A DNA stretch of 64,000 nucleotides from an uncultured Bacteroidales bacterium (GCA_963772705.1 CAVYYH010000008.1:281208-345207); one strand, 5' to 3'. Numbered from the stretch's first letter, positions 43,875 through 53,642 are shown. The notes: generated by a model not told the origin, from the sequence alone. A program made the numbers and translations.

Positions 43875-45785
43875 ATGTCAGACGCAAAGCGGCTACTTGA
43901 CGCCATAAACACCCCTGAAGACCTGCGCAGGCTCGATCAGCTGGACCTTGTGAGGGTCAGCAATGAGCTCAGGCAGCATATAATCGATGAGGTAAGCAAT
44001 AACCCCGGACACTTCGGGGCCAGCCTGGGTGTAGTTGAACTGACTGTGGCCCTTCATTATGTTTACAATACCCCTTACGACAAGATTATCTGGGATGTCG
44101 GCCACCAGGCATATGGCCATAAGATACTTACCGGCCGCAGGGATAGATTTCACACCAACAGGAAATACAAGGGGATAAGCGGATTCCCGCGGATGGCTGA
44201 GAGTGAATATGATGCTTTTGGCGTTGGACATTCCTCAACATCAATATCTGCTGCACTTGGTATGGCTGTTGCTGCCCGGCGCAAAGGGAGAAACAGGAAT
44301 ATCGTGGCAGTAATCGGCGACGGGGCGATGACCGCAGGCATGGCATTCGAAGGTCTTAACAATGCAGGACATGAGAAATCAAATCTCCTTGTGATACTCA
44401 ATGATAATAACATCGCCATTGATGCAAATGTAGGTGCCCTGAAGGAGTATCTTCTCGATATAACCACAAGCAAAACATATAACAGGTTCAAGGATGATGT
44501 ATGGAAGATCCTCGGGAAGATCGGAAAATTAGGTCCAAATGCCAGAACACTGGCATCGCAGCTGGAAGGCAGGTCTTAAAAGCACTATACTCGACAGGAG
44601 CAACCTTTTTGAGGGAATGAACTTCAGGTATTTTGGTCCTATTGACGGGCATGATGTGATGCACCTTACCGATGTGCTTAATGATCTGAAAAACATTCCC
44701 GGACCAAAACTTCTTCACTGCCTCACAGTAAAAGGAAAGGGATTCAAGCAGGCAGAGGAAAACCAGACAAAATACCATGCACCGGGAATATTCGATAAAG
44801 ATACAGGCGAAATACTCAGCACTGCAAGAGAGGAGGGGCCACTTCCCATACCAGGAGGTTTTCGGAAAAACTATTCTGGAACTGGCAAGAAGCAACGAAA
44901 AAATATATGGTATAACCCCTGCAATGCCTACAGGTTGTTCGCTCAGCATAATGATGAAAGAGATGCCGGAAAGGACATTTGATGTCGGTATTGCCGAGCA
45001 GCATGCCGTAACATTCTCGGCCGGTCTTGCCACCCAGGGACTTATTCCCTATCTGCAATATTTATTCAACATTCCTGCAGAGAGCCTATGACCAGATTGT
45101 GCATGATGTTGCGATCCAGAATCTGAAAGTTATTTTCTGTATCGACCGCGGCGGACTTGTTGGTTCGGACGGAGCAACCCATCATGGTTTCTTCGATATT
45201 GCCTTCATGCGCAATATTCCCAATATGATCGTTGCGCACCGATGGATGAGATGGAGCTAAGGAACCTGATGTACACAGCACAGCTTGAGAAAATAAAATC
45301 ACCTTACAGCATACAGATATCCGCGGGGCTGCGGGATGCATTCTGACTGGAAAAAGCCATTTACTGAGATCGAAACAGGAAAGTCGAGGCAGATATCGGA
45401 AGGGAATGATATTGCTGTTCTAAGCCTTGGACATCCGGGCAATTTTGTTGTTGAAGCAGCTGTAAAGTTTGAAAAAAGAAGGCATTTCAGTTGAGCATCA
45501 CGACATGCGTTTTGCCACACCACTCGATACGGAAGTGCTTCATAAGGTATTCAAAAAATTCAGATAAGGTAATTACAGTTGAAGATGGCGTACTTAAAGG
45601 GAGGCTTCGGAAGTGCTGTGATTGAATTCATGACTGACAACGGATACAGGGCTGCGGTAAAAAGGCTGGGTATTCCCGACTATTTTGTCCAGCACGGTAC
45701 CCAGGATGAGCTGATAGGCATGAATGCGGGTTTGATGCAGAGGGATAGGAGAGCAGTGAGGGAAATGCATGGACGTGTAAGGTAA
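43875..45785 (+). pseudogene. dxs: 1-deoxy-D-xylulose-5-phosphate synthase reading frame broken by at least 8 frameshifts
   Basis: Co-linear DXS segments lie in alternating frames: [120 protein letters not shown], and GGFGSAVIEF..LGIPDYFVQHG. Several junctions sit in short homopolymers (CCC, AAAAAA, GGG). Confidence 0.85.
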
Positions 45786-45840
45786 AGGGTACAGGTGCAA
45801 GGCACAGAGCGTAGAGCGGAGTGAATGAGATATGCAGAAG
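45781..45840. repeat. heptamer-periodic intergenic repeat element, copy E
   Basis: GGTAAAG GGTACAG GTGCAAG GCACAGAG CGTAGAG CGGAGTG... It begins on the dxs stop codon and shares the CACAGAGCGTAGAGC core with copies A and B. Confidence 0.75.
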
Positions 45841-45941
45841 TAGTTTAGGTAATCCGTAATCGGTTGCGGAGAATAAAATCAGTGTAACTCTGTGACAACT
45901 CAGTGTAACTCAGTGGTAAAAAAACAATAATCTCCATACAT

Positions 45942-46735
45942 ATGAAAAACCTGCTTCTTTCTTATTGCTGCTATTGTAATACTCGCATCATGCAGAACAT
46001 CAAAGTGAAAAGGAAAACTGGATACAGCTTTTCAACGGCAAAAACCTGACGGCTGGGTGATAAAGATAAAAGGTCGCCGCTTGGAGAAAACTATAAAAAC
46101 ACCTTCAGGGTTGAGGATGGGTGATAAAAGTCATCATGATCAATATGAGAAGTTCAATGACGAATACGGACATATCTATTACAAAACACCCTACTCCATC
46201 TATACAGATAAGGGTGGAGTACAGGTTTACCGGTGAACAGTGTCCCGGCGGTGCCTCATGGGCATTCCGAAACAACGGTATAATGTTTCATTGCCAGTCG
46301 CCCGAATCGGTCGAACTTGACCAGGATTTTCCCGTTTCGATCGAGGCGCAGTTTCTTGGCGGCGATGGCGCATGACATAAGGTCGACAATGAATGTCTGC
46401 ACTCCGGGAACAAATATAGTCATTGATACGACACTGGTTACACAGCACTGTATTAATTCACTGTCGAAGACTTTCCATGGTGATGTCTGGGTAACGGCTG
46501 AACTTGTTGTTTATGGCGACAGATCATCCATCACCTGGTAAACGGCGACACAGTTATGACATACAGAAAACCACAGGTCGGCGGTGCCAATAAGCCGGAG
46601 GGTTATCCTGTTCCTGACGGCACCCTTCTGAAAGAGGGATATATTGCCCTTCAGGCTGAGAGTCATCCGACGGAGTTCAGAAAGATGGAGCTTCTGTGTA
46701 AGACAAAAGGCAGAAAGAGAAGGAAAAAGTGTTAA
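45942..46735 (+). pseudogene. DUF1080 (3-keto-disaccharide hydrolase-like) lipoprotein gene broken by many frameshifts
   Basis: Pieces are readable in alternating frames: MKNLLL / LIAAIVILASC / ENWIQLFNGKNL / GWVIKIKG / PLGENYKNTFRVEDG / YDQYEKFNDEYGHIYYKTPYSIY / IRVEYRFTGEQ...FHCQSPESVELDQDFPVSIEAQFLGG / MNVCTPGTNIV...HGDVWVTAELVVYGD / HHLVNGDTVMTYRKPQVGG / GYIALQAESHPTEFRKMEL. Confidence 0.75.
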
Positions 46736-46945
46736 GTTTAAAAAAATGTTCTATTTTCGCAGATTGCAAGACTGCATGACAATACTGCCCGGATGGCAGG
46801 GCCGAGCGTTAAAAATTGACCCGGTGGGCAATTTTAGGGAGGAGCCAGGCCTGCAGGGGAGGATAATTCCGCCATCCGCATGAGTACAGGAAGAGAGCAT
46901 TGTTTAACAGTAATTTTGATAATGAAGCAGAGATATTGATTCGCA

Positions 46946-47029
46946 GCCCGGATGGCGGAATTGGTAGACGCGCTGGTCTCAAACACCAGTGGCAGCAATG
47001 CTGTGCCGGTTCGATCCCGGCTCCGGGTA
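46946..47029 (+). tRNA. tRNA-Leu (anticodon CAA)
   Basis: Acceptor GCCCGGA/TCCGGGT. D-arm GCGGAATTGGTAGACGC. Anticodon stem CTGGT/ACCAG with loop CTCAAAC. Long variable arm TGGCAGCAATGCTGTGC. T-arm GCCGG-TTCGATC-CCGGC. Discriminator A, no encoded CCA. Confidence 0.95.
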
Positions 47030-47085
47030 CAAAAAAAAGGAGGGACACGATATTCATTGACCCTCCTTTTAATTTTATGGATTCT

Positions 47086-47697
47086 CTAAAACATAAAACC
47101 TATACTGAATAGCAGGGAACTTTGTCCGTAATCCAGTTTAAACGTCTGACCGTCAATAGTAACCGAATCCCCGAATTTTTCGCCGAGACTGCCGGCATAC
47201 CTTACATCCAGAGTAAGCCTCCCGAGGTCAATACCTGCACCTGCCTGATATCCGTATACTGCTCCCTTGTACATTTGTTCAAAATCGGGATCATCGATCA
47301 GGGCCTGTGGTGAACCTATCATAATTGATGCGGCAGGGCCTGCCATAAGACGCAACGGGCCCAGTTTAAATCCGAGCAGCACTGGTATGGAAAGCCTGTT
47401 GAATTTCTGGGTTTTCAATTCAGTCAGATCGGTTGTTGTCACATTATATTCGAAGGAAGTAGAAGCAAATACTGCCTCTGGCTGAAGATATACAGCTCCA
47501 AGACTGAATCTGAGAAATATCCCTGCATGGTATCCCCATGAGGCATCTTTGAGAGCATCAATAGTAGCATCTCCGTTACCATACTCGTACGTAGGTACGG
47601 TTGTTGTTTCAGCGCCTGCCTTAATTCCGAATTTTACCTGAGAGAAAACCGGGGCTGATACAATAATTATTAATCCGAGTAAAATTAATTTCCTCAT
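47086..47697 (-). CDS. outer membrane beta-barrel (porin-family) protein
   Basis: Start set at MRKLILLG (47697). Signal peptide ending FSQ. Alternating beta-strand pattern and a C-terminal ...LLFSIGFMF. Confidence 0.75.
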   Translation of the reverse strand: MRKLILLGLIIIVSAPVFSQVKFGIKAGAETTTVPTYEYGNGDATIDALKDASWGYHAGIFLRFSLGAVYLQPEAVFASTSFEYNVTTTDLTELKTQKFNRLSIPVLLGFKLGPLRLMAGPAASIMIGSPQALIDDPDFEQMYKGAVYGYQAGAGIDLGRLTLDVRYAGSLGEKFGDSVTIDGQTFKLDYGQSSLLFSIGFMF

Positions 47698-48148
47698 AAT
47701 CTGTTTTATTAGTTTACTTATTTGAACCATAGGCACAAAGTTAAGCCCCAGTAATTCACTAATGACTTACATAATTCCTTATTATAATTACATGATTCAC
47801 ACATGATTAAATAAACATCCTGATTCAAAATAATGTATGAGTTGAGATATTTTCCATAGATATCGTGTATGCTCCCTCCTTGTCATTGGCTGAACTGCCC
47901 GGTATTTTTTCATCTGTTTCCCCGCTTAGTTATAAATCGATTCATATATATAAATATTGTACCGATTATTAAGTTATTTATTGTACACTAAATTATAAGG
48001 TAAACAGAAATAATAAAATATTTATAATTATTATATTCCTCTTATTATTAGACATTTAAGATATTTCAAAATAATTAATGCATCTATTTCCATGAACATT
48101 CTATACTAGATATTTTGTTCTTTATTCGTAACTAATAAATGAACAGCC

Positions 48149-49201
48149 ATGGAATTCTTAAAATTCAACTTCAGCTCAGGAAAGTTTGCTCTTGCATTAA
48201 TACTTTCCATATCTCTTGCGGCAGTAAGCTGCAGCAAAGAAGAAGACCAGTTTCAGCCTGCTGAACCGGAAGGCAGCCTTGCTGATATCCCTACCACACT
48301 CGAAAACAGTGAACTCTATCCTGAACTCTTCCTTTCAGCAGATGACCTCCTTAAATACGGCGGCAGATCACCTGCATTCTCAAAGAGACCTCCCACTTTC
48401 GTAAATCTTATCATCGCTCTTGTAAAGACCGACCTGATTTCGACAGTTGCCAAGAACCAGCTGACGCTCTTTGCCCCATCTGATGAGGCTTTTGAGAAAC
48501 TCTTCAAAGAACTTGGCGTCAAGGGTATAAAGGACATACCGGCTGACGTGCTCCGTCCTATTCTTCTGTACCATGCCGTTGCCGGCAAGGTCTATTCATA
48601 CCAGCTCAGTAACGGATTCGTTCGTACATTAAACGGGGCTGCAGTAGAAGTAAAACTGAACGGCGGTGTTATGATAAATGATGCTAAAGTCGTACGGGCT
48701 GACGTCAAAGCCCTCAACGGTGTAATCCATGTCATTGACAAGGTGCTCATGCCTCCTACAAAGAATATCGTTGAGATAGCCGCAGGCAATCCCAATTTCA
48801 GCATCCTCGTCGAAGCAGTGAAATATGCTGGGCTCGACGGTGTGCTTGCCACCGGTGGTCCTTTCACGGTCTTTGCCCCGACAAACGATGCTTTTGTTGC
48901 ACTGCTCGCCGAACTTAAGCTGAACAGCTTTGATGAGCTGATAGCTGCAATCGGCAAAGATGGGCTCACAAAAGTTCTTCTCTATCATGTTGTCAGCGGC
49001 CGCGTCTATTCAAGCGACCTGCCTGCAGGACCGCTCAGCGTTAAAACGCTCAACGGACAGAGCTTTACGATTGATGCTTCCCAGATAAAGATCACCGACG
49101 CGGTAAAACGTGAGTCGTTCCTGATCCCCGACTTACTCAACATCCAGGCAACAAACGGAGTGATACACGTGATAAACAAGGTTATTCTGCCAGTACTGTA
49201 A
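48149..49201 (+). CDS. fasciclin (FAS1) domain lipoprotein with two FAS1 repeats
   Basis: The motifs TLFAPSDEAF / TVFAPTNDAF, LLYHVV.G.VYS, and NGVIHVIDKVL.P each occur twice. Lipobox AVSC. Confidence 0.9.
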   Translation: MEFLKFNFSSGKFALALILSISLAAVSCSKEEDQFQPAEPEGSLADIPTTLENSELYPELFLSADDLLKYGGRSPAFSKRPPTFVNLIIALVKTDLISTVAKNQLTLFAPSDEAFEKLFKELGVKGIKDIPADVLRPILLYHAVAGKVYSYQLSNGFVRTLNGAAVEVKLNGGVMINDAKVVRADVKALNGVIHVIDKVLMPPTKNIVEIAAGNPNFSILVEAVKYAGLDGVLATGGPFTVFAPTNDAFVALLAELKLNSFDELIAAIGKDGLTKVLLYHVVSGRVYSSDLPAGPLSVKTLNGQSFTIDASQIKITDAVKRESFLIPDLLNIQATNGVIHVINKVILPVL

Positions 49202-49216
49202 ACACACTATATTTCC

Positions 49217-49255
49217 AAAAAAGGCATCACCTTACGGTATGCCTTTTTTTTGTTT
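49217..49255 (+). terminator. rho-independent terminator after the fasciclin gene
   Basis: AAGGCAT (49221-49227) pairs with ATGCCTT (49239-49245), followed by a T8 run. Confidence 0.75.
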
Positions 49256-49283
49256 TAAATTAGCCGGTAAAACGCCCCCTGCC

Positions 49284-50471
49284 ATGACTAATCCCGTCCG
49301 GATCTCCTCAATTGACATCATGCGAGGCCTCACCCTTCTGCTGATGCTCTTCGTCAATGACCTGAACATGAAGGTGGCCCCCGCATGGATGGGACATACA
49401 AAAGCCGACTTCGACGGCATGGGCCTTGCAGACTGGGTTTTTCCAGGGTTCCTCTTCATCGTGGGGATGGCCATACCCTTTGCACTTTCAAACCGACTAA
49501 GGAAAGGAGAAACTGAGGGGAGGATAAGCTTCCACATCCTGATACGTACCCTTAGCCTTTTAATCATCGGGGTGCTCATGCTCAATACAGGAAGAGTGAA
49601 TCCTGAGCTCACGGGAATGAGCAAAGACCTCTGGGCACTCATGATGTATGTTGCCGTGTTCTTTGTCTGGAATGATTATCCCATTAAGACCGGCAGATAT
49701 CTCAAGACAATACTGCAACTCATCGGAGTGCTTGCCCTTGCAGTGCTGGCAATAAGGTTCAGGTCAGGACAGCCTGATAACCCCGGATGGATGATCACCG
49801 GATGGTGGGGCATCCTCGGATTGATCGGCTGGGGATACCTCATAGGAGCATTCACCTGGCTCCTCTTCCGCGACTCATTGGTGAAAATACTTCTCGTTAC
49901 ACTCTTCTTCTTCCTCCTGAATATCCTTTCAGGACTCGACCTTCTCGGATTCCTTGACCCGGTAAAACCTGTGCTAGGAATATTACTGGAAGGAAACGTC
50001 CCTTTCATCGTACTTACAGGAGTGGTTGCCGGAGTGATGCTTAGAAATCACAAAACTTCAGAACCCGGAAGTATAATCACTCCCTTCCTGGTGATCGGCA
50101 TCATAAGTATAATATTTGGATTCATCCTCAGAAACTGGTTCATTATTTCCAAGATACATGCAACTCCCAGCTGGGGCATGATATGCAACGGCATCAGTTT
50201 CCTGGTCTTTATACTGATCTACTGGATCGCCGATGTGAAAAACAAAACCGGCTGGGCCGCATTTGTCAGACCTGCCGGGCAGTATTCCCTGACAACATAC
50301 CTTGCACCTGATATTCTCTATCATGCAATCTGGATGTCGGGTATTCCTATCCTGATCTACAAACAATCCTCAGATCCGCTGATTGTCGTTGCAGGCTCAC
50401 TGGCCTGGGCCCTTCTCATGGCTGGCCTGACAGCCATGCTGGCACGTATAAACATCAAACTGAAACTGTGA
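49284..50471 (+). CDS. DUF5009/heparan-alpha-glucosaminide N-acetyltransferase-like acyltransferase membrane protein
   Basis: RISSIDIMRGLTLLLMLFVN at the N-terminus and about 10 TM helices. Start moved to ATG 49284 because the track start (49239) lies inside the upstream terminator hairpin. Confidence 0.75.
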   Translation: MTNPVRISSIDIMRGLTLLLMLFVNDLNMKVAPAWMGHTKADFDGMGLADWVFPGFLFIVGMAIPFALSNRLRKGETEGRISFHILIRTLSLLIIGVLMLNTGRVNPELTGMSKDLWALMMYVAVFFVWNDYPIKTGRYLKTILQLIGVLALAVLAIRFRSGQPDNPGWMITGWWGILGLIGWGYLIGAFTWLLFRDSLVKILLVTLFFFLLNILSGLDLLGFLDPVKPVLGILLEGNVPFIVLTGVVAGVMLRNHKTSEPGSIITPFLVIGIISIIFGFILRNWFIISKIHATPSWGMICNGISFLVFILIYWIADVKNKTGWAAFVRPAGQYSLTTYLAPDILYHAIWMSGIPILIYKQSSDPLIVVAGSLAWALLMAGLTAMLARINIKLKL

Positions 50472-50541
50472 TTCAGGGTCAGAGTGTAATTCTCTCCAGA
50501 AAGGTGTTTCCCCCCAGCCTGTTAAATGAGTTTCACTGAAG

Positions 50542-51915
50542 TCATCTGACTATCTCAAGCAGCGGAATAAATGACCTCTCTGTAATCAGATGGTCTGCAA
50601 CAAGGTTGAGGTATTTGTTTTGAGAATAAAAAGAGATTCCTGTTCCGCACTCCCGAACCATGCAAATGTCATTGTCACTGTCTCCAACGGCCACAATATT
50701 TTTAATGTCAATATCATAACTTATTGCCAGCTGTCTGATGACATTTGACTTGCAGTACTCATGGTTACAGATGCTGTCATTTGTCCGTAGAAAGTAGGAC
50801 GGAACTTTTACTTCACCTGTAGCTATGCTGCCTGAAAACTCAAGCTCGTTTGCTACACTGAAATCCATCCCCAGTTTGTTTTTCAGATGATTTGTCACCA
50901 CATCGTAACTGTCGCTTATGATACCACATATATAACCTCTTCTCTTAAGTTCTGTGATTACCTCCAGGGCGTCGTCAACAACAGGGACGGCATCAGCCAA
51001 ATCGATTATCTCTTTAATTGTATGGCCCTTTATCAAGGTCGCAATCATCTTGGTGCGCAAATAGGCGTTGTCATTTCTGGTGACAATATTGATCAATTCC
51101 TCCTCAAATCCCAACTGTCTTGAGGCTGTTATGATGAAGCTTCCGGCAAGTACGGTATTGTCCATATCAAAGACAACCATTTTATTGAGTCCCTTCTTAT
51201 TTTCCCTGAGCGCGTACTCCATCTGAGTTCTAAGCACCCTGATCTTTTCCTGCATCTGGTTGCTGGCCTTATCCAGCGGACCACCCCTGCTTATTATTGC
51301 CCTTGACACCTCAAGCGCCATTTTTGACAGTTGCTCCCACGATTGCATTCTGTTTTCAATATAGCCAATACTTACCTCCTCAATTCTGGCTCCCGACAGA
51401 TGCATATCGATCAGGATGCCAATATCGACTCCATAATCATTCTCAACCTCAAGTTTCTCCAGCATTGACTTCTTCCCGGCGATCATGCCGCTAAGAGGCT
51501 GTGAGAATCTTGTCAGAGGAGGAAATAGGAGGCTCAGCAACGGTTTTGCCACGAGCTCGGTTACTCTTCCCGCCTGACGGGTGAAGGAGGACTTTACCAG
51601 ATCAGCCCTGCCATCTGTCAGAGGAGCCGTAAGAAGTTCAATTATACCATCCGGATAGGTGGTGATGTCGGCATCAAGGAAAACAAGATATTCATTGCGG
51701 GCGAACATTATCCCTTCCCGCATGGAGGCCCCTTTGCCCAGGAGAGTGCTGGTATAAATCACCACACCCTCCGCTTTGGCAATTTCTACGGTTTCGTCAG
51801 ACGATTTGTCATCAACAACTATTATTTCAGAAACGAGAGGCGATTTCTTTACCAGCTCAATGACCTCGCGGAGTGTCTGGCTTTCATTCAGCGCAGGAAT
51901 TATTACAGATACCAT
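50542..51915 (-). CDS. fusion of a GpgS/MpgS-like (GT81-type, GT-A fold) glycosyltransferase and a HAD-IB (SerB-like) phosphatase
   Basis: N-terminal VSVIIPALNE...VVDD.S.D.T, FLDADI, and GRVTELVAKPLLSLLFPPLTRFSQPLSGMIAGKK...DYGVDIGILID resemble glucosyl-3-phosphoglycerate synthase. The C-terminal part has VVFDMDNTVL (DxDxT), GIISDS, and VAVGDSDNDICM HAD motifs. Confidence 0.75.
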   Translation of the reverse strand: MVSVIIPALNESQTLREVIELVKKSPLVSEIIVVDDKSSDETVEIAKAEGVVIYTSTLLGKGASMREGIMFARNEYLVFLDADITTYPDGIIELLTAPLTDGRADLVKSSFTRQAGRVTELVAKPLLSLLFPPLTRFSQPLSGMIAGKKSMLEKLEVENDYGVDIGILIDMHLSGARIEEVSIGYIENRMQSWEQLSKMALEVSRAIISRGGPLDKASNQMQEKIRVLRTQMEYALRENKKGLNKMVVFDMDNTVLAGSFIITASRQLGFEEELINIVTRNDNAYLRTKMIATLIKGHTIKEIIDLADAVPVVDDALEVITELKRRGYICGIISDSYDVVTNHLKNKLGMDFSVANELEFSGSIATGEVKVPSYFLRTNDSICNHEYCKSNVIRQLAISYDIDIKNIVAVGDSDNDICMVRECGTGISFYSQNKYLNLVADHLITERSFIPLLEIVR

Positions 51916-52021
51916 GACAGTCTGAATTTTGGTTCAACACTAAAACTCAGGCATTTAAAACAAATCCGTTGGATGAATTACTGCCCGGTAAAAAAGCAAG
52001 GTACAAAAAAATTTGCAGTTC

Positions 52022-52723
52022 TCATGCTGTGGCTGTCCTCTTCCCGTATTCGGCCTCAAGCTGTTCCCTTGAAATGAGTCCTCCGTGACCCGGCAGGAAA
52101 GTATGGCATCCTGTTGCAAGGAGTTTCTTCCAGCTCCGCAGAAGTTCATCGACATCGTCTGCAAAAGGGGGAAATATTTTTACCGTTGAAATATTGATAA
52201 GTGAGTCGCCGACTATCGCCACCTCCCCGTCAATTATCACTGCCGACTGCCCGGCACAATGCCCGGGAGTGTGCATTACAAATCCGTCAAGCCCGTAACG
52301 GCCCAGGTTAAAAGTCTCATCAAAAACATGATCAGCCCTGCATGGTTCATATTTGAATACCGGGGTGATCCTTCTTCCGATACTTACCAGCCCTTTTGTA
52401 AATGACAGTGTCCCCGATGGAATGGGGGTGTCTCCTTTTGCCAGGGATTCGCTCTCTTTCACATTAACTATTATTTCTGCACCATATTCACGGGCCAGCC
52501 ATGCTGCATTGCCGGCATGATCAAAGTGTGTGTGGGTCAGAACAACTGCCTCAGGTACAATGCCTTTCCGTGAGAGAGCACTTTCCACCCTTCCCCGGTC
52601 AGCATGTATCCCGGTATCAATGAGTATCACCCTGCCCTGCCTGCTGACAATAAAAATGTTGCACCGTGCCGGGGTAAGCCTGAAGATGGCAGTTCCCCTG
52701 CTTGTATCCGGAATAGTTATCAT
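52022..52723 (-). CDS. MBL-fold metallo-hydrolase
   Basis: THTHFDHAGN (HxHxDH), a later HTPGH, and D...PGHG. Confidence 0.85.
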   Translation of the reverse strand: MITIPDTSRGTAIFRLTPARCNIFIVSRQGRVILIDTGIHADRGRVESALSRKGIVPEAVVLTHTHFDHAGNAAWLAREYGAEIIVNVKESESLAKGDTPIPSGTLSFTKGLVSIGRRITPVFKYEPCRADHVFDETFNLGRYGLDGFVMHTPGHCAGQSAVIIDGEVAIVGDSLINISTVKIFPPFADDVDELLRSWKKLLATGCHTFLPGHGGLISREQLEAEYGKRTATA

Positions 52724-52809
52724 AATACGAAGATAAATACTTAGGGGGTTTCAGAAGGATTTTTCACATCAAACATTTCTAACTTTGTCCGCGATACAAA
52801 AACATTGAA

Positions 52810-53598
52810 ATGAAAACAGTGCCTATCTATCAGGTTGATGCCTTCACCACAGGCCCTTTCAGCGGCAATCCTGCTGCAGTTTGCATTCTCAGCAAGTGGC
52901 CTGCCGATGACCTTATGCAGAATATTGCCCTGGAGAATAACCTTGCGGAAACGGCATTCATTGTGCAACAGGGAAACGACTGGCTTATAAGATGGTTTAC
53001 ACCGGTCACCGAGGTTGACCTTTGCGGTCACGCCACCCTGGCATCCTCTTATGTAGTTATGAATATCCTTCAGCCTGGAAGGAGTGAGGTGACATTTCAT
53101 TCACTGCATATGGGTGATCTTATTGTAAGGAAGAATGGAGGTATGCTCGAGCTGGACTTCCCCACCGATACTCCTGTACGATGTGAGTTACCCGCGATCA
53201 TAAGGGAAAGCATGGACAGAGAACCTCTTGAATGCTACAGGGGGAGAATCGATTACCTTCTCCTGTATGAGAGTGAAAGCGACATAATAAATCTCGCTCC
53301 TGACTTCAGAAAACTTGCCCGGGCAGAGGGGCGGGGAACTATTGTCACCGCCCCGGGCAGTGATGTCGATTTCGTATCGCGCTTCTTTGTGCCGGGGGCG
53401 GGCATTGATGAGGACCCGGTGACCGGTTCCGCTCATACGACACTTACCCCCTTCTGGTCAGAACGCCTCGGCAGAAAAACCCTTAAAGCGAGACAGCTCT
53501 CTGCCAGGGGAGGTTATCTCGAATGCTCCCTTGCCGGAGACCGCACTTTGATCGCCGGCAGGGCAATGCTTTATCTTAAAGGCGAGATATACGTCTGA
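52810..53598 (+). CDS. PhzF-family isomerase
   Basis: YQVDAFT...F.GNPAAV, ETAF, CGHATLAS, and FF.P..GI.EDPVTGSAH are typical of PhzF. Confidence 0.9.
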   Translation: MKTVPIYQVDAFTTGPFSGNPAAVCILSKWPADDLMQNIALENNLAETAFIVQQGNDWLIRWFTPVTEVDLCGHATLASSYVVMNILQPGRSEVTFHSLHMGDLIVRKNGGMLELDFPTDTPVRCELPAIIRESMDREPLECYRGRIDYLLLYESESDIINLAPDFRKLARAEGRGTIVTAPGSDVDFVSRFFVPGAGIDEDPVTGSAHTTLTPFWSERLGRKTLKARQLSARGGYLECSLAGDRTLIAGRAMLYLKGEIYV

Positions 53599-53642
53599 AT
53601 TAGCATAAAATCAATTATGTTTGTCAATCCAAAACAAGAGGG

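Noticed and set aside
43875-45785. Programmed ribosomal frameshifting in dxs
   Set aside because: There are too many shifts (at least 8) in both directions. They lack slippery-site/stimulator architecture, and the neighbouring gene shows the same damage. Artefact or decay is far more likely.
46809-47112. Two ORFs (82 aa on the minus strand, 70 aa on the plus strand) from the track
   Set aside because: Both run straight through the tRNA-Leu(CAA) gene, so they are not coding.
49239-49283. Track start codon for the DUF5009 gene at 49239
   Set aside because: This ATG is the right arm of the fasciclin-gene terminator hairpin. The ATG at 49284 directly precedes the conserved RISSIDIMRG N-terminus.
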